This document shows positions 13,495 through 64,000 of a stretch of DNA of 64,000 nucleotides, piece after piece. The position numbers and the translations under genes were made by a program. Each line of letters begins with the position of its first letter. Positions within the stretch are counted from its first letter, which is position 1. Under the pieces are notes generated by a model. That model was not told the origin of the DNA. It searched no databases and saw only the letters and a list, made by a program, of their open reading frames with translations. This stretch comes from the human T2T-CHM13v2.0 reference genome, Homo sapiens, in the NCBI RefSeq assembly GCF_009914755.1, contig NC_060932.1; one strand, 5' to 3'.

Positions 13495-14454
13495 TCCTTG
13501 CTTTTACAAAGCCTGCAGTTCAGAAAAGTAAAACCAATGAAAGAATTACCCAACTAAATGTGAATTTACTACAGGGATAAGTGCTATGGACGAGAAGTCC
13601 ATGGTACTGTGAAAGTATTTCACAGGAGACCCTGGCCTGGTCAGGAAGGGTGGGAGATGTTCCCTGAAGAAGTAATGAATGAGCTGCTTGGAAAGGAGGA
13701 GTTAAAAAGATAAAAGGAAATTGCTGGGAAGGGGAGGGAGTGGTCCAGGCAGAGAAATGAAAAGGCTTGGCAGCATCCAGGGAAGGAAAATAAGGCCAGT
13801 GCAGGTACAGAGCACAGGAGCACACAGGACAATGCAGGGCTGCAGGAAGAAGTCAGACCATGCTGAGGGTTAGGGTTCATGTTAAGGACTTTGATCTTTC
13901 CATCGGAAAACCAGCAGGCAGATGACATATTAGGACTTGCATTTCAAAAGAGTACTCCAGCTGAGGTATGGAGAATGGAGTAGAGAGTGGCAAGAGTATG
14001 TTTGTGAAGACAGGTTAACAGGTTATTTTGGCTTCTAGTTTAATGTGACAGTTTAAACACAGGTATTTATCTCCACTCCTTCCAGAAATTCTAATAAAAT
14101 AACAGGGAAGCAACTTTTAAAAAGACAAAAACTAACAGGAATAAAGAGAATAGGGTAAGAGGAACAGCAATAAAACTTTGCAAGCGGGAAGCAAGTGGAT
14201 AGGTGACCATTTCTTCTATGGATCCAAGGGAGCTGAATCCTACATTAACAGTGGGAAGAGCTAAGAAGCAATCTTACATGCACCAAAGAAGTCCTCAAAG
14301 GCTTAGGAGACAGTATCTTCTGTTTGTGGAGGGGAGTGAAAACAGGAGAAGTGGTTGAACATCAACTTTCAAAGCACTTTCCTTCCAATACCTGGAAACC
14401 TGTCTCTCCCCAACTCCAACAGAAGATTGAAGGTTTATTCTCAGTGCATTTGCA

Positions 14455-14514
14455 AACAAGGATTCTGTTTAATATATGTAAAAGAACAAGGATTCTATTT
14501 AATATATGTAAAAG
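14455..14514. repeat. 30-bp tandem duplication
   Basis: aacaaggattct(g/a)tttaatatatgtaaaag x2, one mismatch. Confidence 0.9.
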
Positions 14515-14754
14515 AAGGGCGTTATGTGAACGATGAAACTCACACCCTCTAAATATTACACCCAGGCTTAAAATCTCCAAGGAGAAGAATCTTTCTGAGA
14601 AATTTGATCAGCACAGTAGGATAGGGAAAGGGGACAGCAAGAATGAGGGATTGCCCTAAGAAACAACCCAGGCAAATCACTCCACACATTGTAGCCCAGT
14701 CAACAAGCCCTTCCTATCTTTGTAGAGCTTCTAATTAGCTTGTCAGTGTGCCGA

Positions 14755-15051
14755 CTTTTTTTTTTTTTTTGAGACAAAGTTCCGCTCTTGTTGCCCATTC
14801 TGGAGTGCAATGTCGTAGTCTGGGATCACTGCAACCTCCACCTCCTGGGTTCCAGCAATTCTCCTGCCTCAGCCTCCTGAGAAGCTGGGATTACAGGCAT
14901 GGCCACCACGCCCAGCTAATTTTTGTATTTTTAGTAGAGACGGGGTTTCACCGTTTAGGTCAGGCTGGTCTCGAACTCCTGACCTCAGGTGATCCACCTG
15001 CTTTGGCCTGCCAAAGTGCTGGATTACAGGCGTGAGCCACCGCGCCTGGCC
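14755..15051 (-). mobile_element. Alu (AluS)
   Basis: Poly-T then antisense Alu. Confidence 0.92.
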
Positions 15052-15278
15052 ACCCACTTTTGTATGTGTGTAAATGGCAAAAGGTCCCAAGATTTAGGAG
15101 GAAAGCCTTTTATACAAAACATAACTTTGAAGAAACAGATTATGCAACAGAGGGAAACTTTAAAACACCACTAGTAATGTATTCTAGGAAATAAGATATT
15201 GCAGCATGGAAGAATTCAAGAATGCCATAATTAAGCTATAGCCAGAAAACAAAAGAGAGCTCTTAGAAATTAAATTTA

Positions 15279-16012
<734 letters not shown>

Positions 16013-16617
16013 TGAAAACATAATCTGAGAAAATTAGAGGAACAGTCCAGGAAGTCTAGTATCTGAAAAATAGGGTGTCCAGAAGAAAAAAAAAACGGAG
16101 AGAAAGTCTTCAAAGGAATAATTAGTAGAAGAGATCATTTCCCAGTGTTAAAGGACATGAGTTTCTTTGCTGAATTGCAAAGTTACAACAGGTGTTCCAC
16201 ACAAAAGATGACAATGAAACATGCCCAGACACATCACTGTAAAATTAAGAAAAATGAGAAGGTGGGGCACAGAGAGGAACATCCTGAAGACTTCAAGAAA
16301 GTAAAAAACAAGTTACACACAAAAGATTAACAAATCAAAAGGGCACTAAGTGTCTGGAGATTGGGAATGAACACAGGGTTCACCACACAAAGTGCCCCAG
16401 ATGTAAGATCTGAACCTCACTAATTCCCCTTTCTCACCACAACCTCCACTTCTGTTTTTCACCTTCTTTGTAATATTTTAATTCATTAATCTCATCTTGA
16501 ACTTACTTGCCTTTAGCTTTTCTTTATTCCTGCCCAGAAAAGCACATCCAGAGATTCAAAGGCAACAATAAAAAGCAGGGCTTAAGAGTGTGGGCTCTGC
16601 ATTATCCAAAGCAAACT

Positions 16618-17158
16618 TGTCACAGAGAAAACCTCAAAATCAGGGTTCAGCCTGAGTGGCCATGTGGGTTCTCAGCTTCATGCAGGAAGGAATTCAAGAG
16701 CAATCTGACAGAATAAAGTGAAAGCAAGTTTGTTAAGAAAGTAAAGGAATAAAGAGTGGCTACTTCATAGGCAGAGCAATGGCAAGGACTGCTAGACTGA
16801 GTATATTTATGGTTATTCCTTGATCATATACTAAACAAGGGGTGGATTATTCATGAGTTTTCCAGGAAAAAGGTGGGGAATTCCTGGAACGGAGCGTCCT
16901 CCCTTGTTAGACCATGTAGGGTAACTTCTCTAAGTGGGCATGGCAAGGGGCAAACTGTCAAGGTGCTGGTGGGAGTGTCTTTTAGCATGTTAATCCATTG
17001 TAATTAGCATATAATGAGCAGTGAGGATGGCCAGAGGTCACTTTGGTCACCATCTTGGTTTTAGCAGGTTTCAGTCCTCTTCTTTACCTATCCTGTTTTA
17101 TCAGCCAGGTCTTTATGATCTTATCCTGTGAAATCAGTCCTGCCAACCTCCTATCTCA
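16618..17158 (-). mobile_element. Solo MER41-like (ERV1) LTR
   Basis: TG...CA termini with exact 4-bp TSD AACT; internal ATTATTCATGAGTTTTCCAGGAAAAAGGTGGGGAATTCCTGGAAC and TAATTAGCATATAATG segments typical of MER41. Confidence 0.75.
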
Positions 17159-17172
17159 AACTAACACAGGAA

Positions 17173-17432
17173 AGAAATAAAATACTGTGTGTTCTCACTT
17201 ATTAGTTGGAGCTAACATTGTGTACAGGTGGACACAAAGAAGGGAACAATAGATACTGGGTACTACTTGAGGGTGGAGGGTGAAAGGAGAGTATGGATCA
17301 AAAAACTACCTATTGGGTTCTATGCTTATCACATGGGTAAGGAAATAATCTGATCCCCAAACCCCCGAGACACTCAATTTACCTATATAACAAACCTGCA
17401 CATGTACCTCTGAACCTAAATTAAAGTTTAAA
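17173..17432 (+). mobile_element. L1 3'-end fragment (older L1PA/L1PB)
   Basis: tgttctcactt...ggacacaaagaagggaacaa...aacaaacctgcacatgtacc..tgaacctaaa L1 3'UTR signature followed by an A-rich tail. Confidence 0.8.
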
Positions 17433-17635
17433 ACAACAACAACAACAACAAAAACCCGAAGAAAAGTATGGGCTCTGGTGTCAAATTACCAGGGTTAGAA
17501 CCATGAATTAAGTGTGACCTTAGAAAGTCACTTATACTTTCTAAGCCTTGGTTATTTCATCTGTAAATTAAAGGTGATGATAACAGTCCCAATTTAGGAT
17601 CAAATGAGATATTGCAATGCCGGACACATTAAAAG

Positions 17636-18153
17636 TGTCTCCATGGGACTAGCCCAAACTGAGCCTACTCTGTTGATAACAAAATGTCGTGTTACCTTTT
17701 AGATGTAACAGAGCCAAAAACTGAAAGTCATGTAGCCCAGTCATGTGCAATAGAAAAAGCCTGGACCTCTAACAACACCCAAAACCAGTGAATCCTTTCC
17801 TTGGAACCAAGACCGGGACATGACTGGAACCTGAACTTGGAACTCTTTCAAAAGTGTTGGGTCCATTTGCCTGGAGGATCAGGCCTAAAATCGGCCTCTA
17901 CGTACCTTTTTCTAAATGGTCAAATTTCAAGTCCTCCATTCTGCCTGCCAAGACACATTCCTAAATTCTTCCCTTGGCTTTCCAAGCCCATAAGTTTACC
18001 CCAGACTCTAAATCAGGGAAACAGATTTGAATGCACTCCTATCTCCTTGCTGACCAGTTGTGCAAATAAAGACTTTTTTTCCTCAAAAGCTTGTGCCACA
18101 TAGTATTGGCTTCTGTGCATGCATTGGATAGAGAGCTCATTTGCTTGATAACA
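17636..18153 (+). mobile_element. Solo ERV LTR (family not assigned)
   Basis: TG...CA termini, AATAAA at 18065-18070, LTR-like composition. Confidence 0.6.
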
Positions 18154-18546
18154 AAAACAAGCTATTAATACCTATTATTTCTATTATTATCCATACCTCT
18201 AGCTCCCACCATGTTAAATATTCCTATAACTTTCATTTCTACCTTAAAATTTTCTTTATCCAATAAGTTTTCGCTTAGAAGCTATCTACCACAGGTATCT
18301 TCCTTTAATATCACAACCGTCTACCCAGCCACCCAAATCAGAAACCTGGAAGTTATCCTTGATTCTGTTTGTTTACTTCCTATGTCCAAATAATAAAATT
18401 CTTATAATTCTTCTTCCTGAATAGCTCCTTTATTCATCCTCTTCTGCCTCTCCCTTCCTCCATGGCTCCAATTTAGACTCTAGATTTCTACCTTAGCCTC
18501 GCAAGTGGTCTCTAACTCTAAACGTTTCCATATTTTTGTCCAGGAT

Positions 18547-18850
18547 TTTTTTTTTTTTTTATATAGGGTCTCTGACATCCAGGCTGGAGTGCAGTGGCAC
18601 GATCATAGCTTATTGCAGCCTTTGGGCTCATTGACCTCCTGGGCTTAAGTGGTTCTCCCGCCTCAGCCTTCCAAGCAACCGGGACCATAGGCATGTGCCA
18701 CCCACCCAGCTAATTAAAATAAATTTTATTTGTAGAGGTGGAGTCTCACTATGTTGCCCAGGCTGGTCTTGAATTCCTGGGCTCAGACAATCCTTCCACT
18801 GTGGCCTCCCAAAATGTTAGGATTAGAGGTGTGAGCCACAGCACCAGGCT
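18547..18850 (-). mobile_element. Alu (AluJ-like)
   Basis: Antisense Alu consensus. Confidence 0.88.
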
Positions 18851-18900
18851 TAGATTCCTTTATTCACAAAAGGTGTAAAGGTGATCTCATTTTATATACA

Positions 18901-19417
18901 TGTCAACTAAAGAAAAAAATCAGGCTTTTAAAGACTCAAAGTTAGTTTTATTCGGAGTCTTACTGAGGAATGCAACCCTGGAGAGTCTTTCAAAGAGTTT
19001 ATGTTATACTGGTCCAAAGCAGCTGTTCTGCCCCCAGTTTCTACATCAAGGGATGGAGTTCTGCATGTGCTCAAAAGTTACATTAAACGTGCTCAGAAGT
19101 TACGTTGGAGCAAAATCTCATCAAAGTTTTGTTTGGAGACTACATCTGGTTATAGATTACAGAGGCATAATCATTAATCCTGTCACACGTTATCTTACGT
19201 ACAGGAAGAGGCAAGAGCTAGGATCGCTGACTGTATCTTTTTAAAAAATGAAGTGATTCAAGCAACAGATGTGAAAACTTGTGCTCTATCCTACTTATTG
19301 TCTTCAGGGCATTCTTCTGGAGGACTGCGTTCAGTCACTGAGTCAGGGGCTTTGTGAAATTTCGCTGGCAACAGAATGAGCAAACATGGTTTCTTCCGTT
19401 TCGTACTTTGTCTCGCA
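18901..19417 (-). mobile_element. Solo MER67-like (ERV1) LTR
   Basis: TG...CA termini with exact 4-bp TSD TACA; minus strand GAGACAAAGTAC..CCATGTTTGCTCATTC..GCCAGC..TTCACAAAGCCCCTGACTC. Confidence 0.7.
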
Positions 19418-19609
19418 TACATGATTTCCTATGCTCAAACCTGGCAGGAAAGTTTTTTTATTTTTTCAGTCTTTGAGCTATAGTAATCCTTCACTGGGTT
19501 TTAAGTCAGTGGGGTTTTTTGACATCAAATTGTTAAACTACAAGTCATGTTTCCTTTAACGTGAAAATTACCTAGTCTGAATAAATTCTGATGTAACTAT
19601 AACTCGACA

Positions 19610-19686
19610 AATTATGATATTTTCAACTTACGATGGGTTTATTGCGGGGAGGGGGCAGCCCTATCGTAAGTAGAGGAACTCTATAC
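19610..19686 (+). mobile_element. Tigger2-like DNA transposon end fragment
   Basis: ttcaacttacgatgggtttat...atcgtaagtagaggaactctata resembles the Tigger2 terminal inverted repeat region. Confidence 0.55.
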
Positions 19687-19749
19687 ACGTTTGAAAATAT
19701 CGCTGGGCTCCAGGGTTAACCGGTCTCTAACCCATTCTTTACTGGACCT

Positions 19750-62443
<42,694 letters not shown>

Positions 62444-62665
62444 TAAACTGTTTGATGTGATTATATGCGACTTACATGTACCTTATAAATATTAAACTAA
62501 TATAATTCCAACTAAGTTTTCATGACAGTGGAAGATTTCTCTAAAGGTTGAAATATTGTTGTGAAGCCATTAAAAAGGAGTACCTTTATGTTACGTATTT
62601 TACCACAATTCTTTTTTTAAGTTTACCATCTTAAGCATTTTTAAGTGTAGAGTTTAATAGTGTTA

Positions 62666-62991
<326 letters not shown>

Positions 62992-63910
62992 TCACATTGC
63001 CACGCAAAATCATCATCACCATTCATCTTAGAACTCTTCATCTTGCAAAACTGAAACTCTATACCCCTTAAACAACTCTGTACCCATTCCCTGCTACACC
63101 TAACCCCAGGCAACCACCATTCTATAATACTTTCTGTCTCTGTGTGTTTGACTGCTCTAGGTGTAAGGAGTAGCTTTAAAACCACTGGTTTGTATCAGAA
63201 TCCCTTGGGGATCTTTTGTAAAATACCTATGCTCAGGCTCACCCTTAGAGACTATGTGTTGATTTAGTAGCTTTGAGGTAACTCCAGGTATCTATATTTT
63301 GAAAAAGCTCCCTACCCCCGATCCATATTCTCCCCTGCATTAGAATCACTATTATAAGTTTGATATTTTTCAACAAATTTGTATTGAACACTTACTGTAG
63401 ACTATGTTCTGTGCTAAGAGCTGGGGCTACACTGAACAAAACACAACATGTTTGTGATACATATGCAGTTATTTCATGGATTTGGTTGGAATTATTAAAG
63501 GAAGTATTCAGTACTGAGTATAAGACTGAACATGGAAACAGTTTATATGGGAATAGGTTTTCTCAGGAATTATCTGCTTAATTAAGATTGAATATAAATC
63601 ATTAACTCTTAGGTCTGTCTGTCTGCCTTCCCTCTTTTTTCTTCTTTCTTTCCATTCTCTTTCCCCTTTCCCTTCCTTTCCTTTTATAAAACTAGTAGAA
63701 GAATGTTTGTATCCCTAGGGCTTTAAAATAATATGAACAAGACTTCCAAAGTTCACTTGAAGTGGTATTTTGGTTTTTCTTAAATGGACAGATAAAAATT
63801 ACATATGTTTATAGTTTACAATACAGTGTTTTGATATATGTATTCATTGTGGAATGGCTAAATCAAGCTAGTTTATCTGTTACCTCACATCTTTTCTTTT
63901 TGTACTAAAG

Positions 63911-63912
<2 letters not shown>

Positions 63913-63956
<44 letters not shown>
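63913..63956. repeat. (GT)22 microsatellite
   Basis: Direct reading. Confidence 0.95.
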
Positions 63957-63958
<2 letters not shown>

Positions 63959-64000
63959 AAGAGTTTCCTCAGCTTTAAAAGGTGTTATGTGAAAAAGTTT

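Noticed and set aside
14455-14514. 30-bp direct repeat as a CRISPR-like array
   Set aside because: Only two adjacent copies, no spacers, eukaryotic context

Overview
Primate (almost certainly human, 8q22.1) genomic DNA. Left end: 5' half of the single-coding-exon RBM12B ORF on the minus strand (ATG at 1418, running off the window start and therefore absent from the ORF track), its 5'UTR exons and a CpG-island promoter (~5.4-6.3 kb) overlapped by the RBM12B-AS1 ORF. Between 9 and 19.4 kb there is a cluster of six solo ERV LTRs and many Alus. From 19900 onward are exons 1-20 of TMEM67 (meckelin/MKS3) on the plus strand. All have GT-AG boundaries and join into an uninterrupted 2100-nt (700-codon) frame that continues beyond the window. 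TMEM67 intron 7 holds a full-length, disabled antisense L1PA. No prokaryotic-type system is present. The least-explained signals are: a degenerate copy of exon 12 with an intact acceptor in intron 13; a GC-rich, TSD-flanked orphan retro-insert in intron 6; an L1 5'UTR whose antisense ORF and splice donor are in frame with exon 8; an Alu-derived exon that swaps the N-terminus; and a MER41-like LTR with tandem STAT sites near the TMEM67 promoter. Gene and repeat-family names come from recognition, not from a search, and Alu boundaries are approximate.
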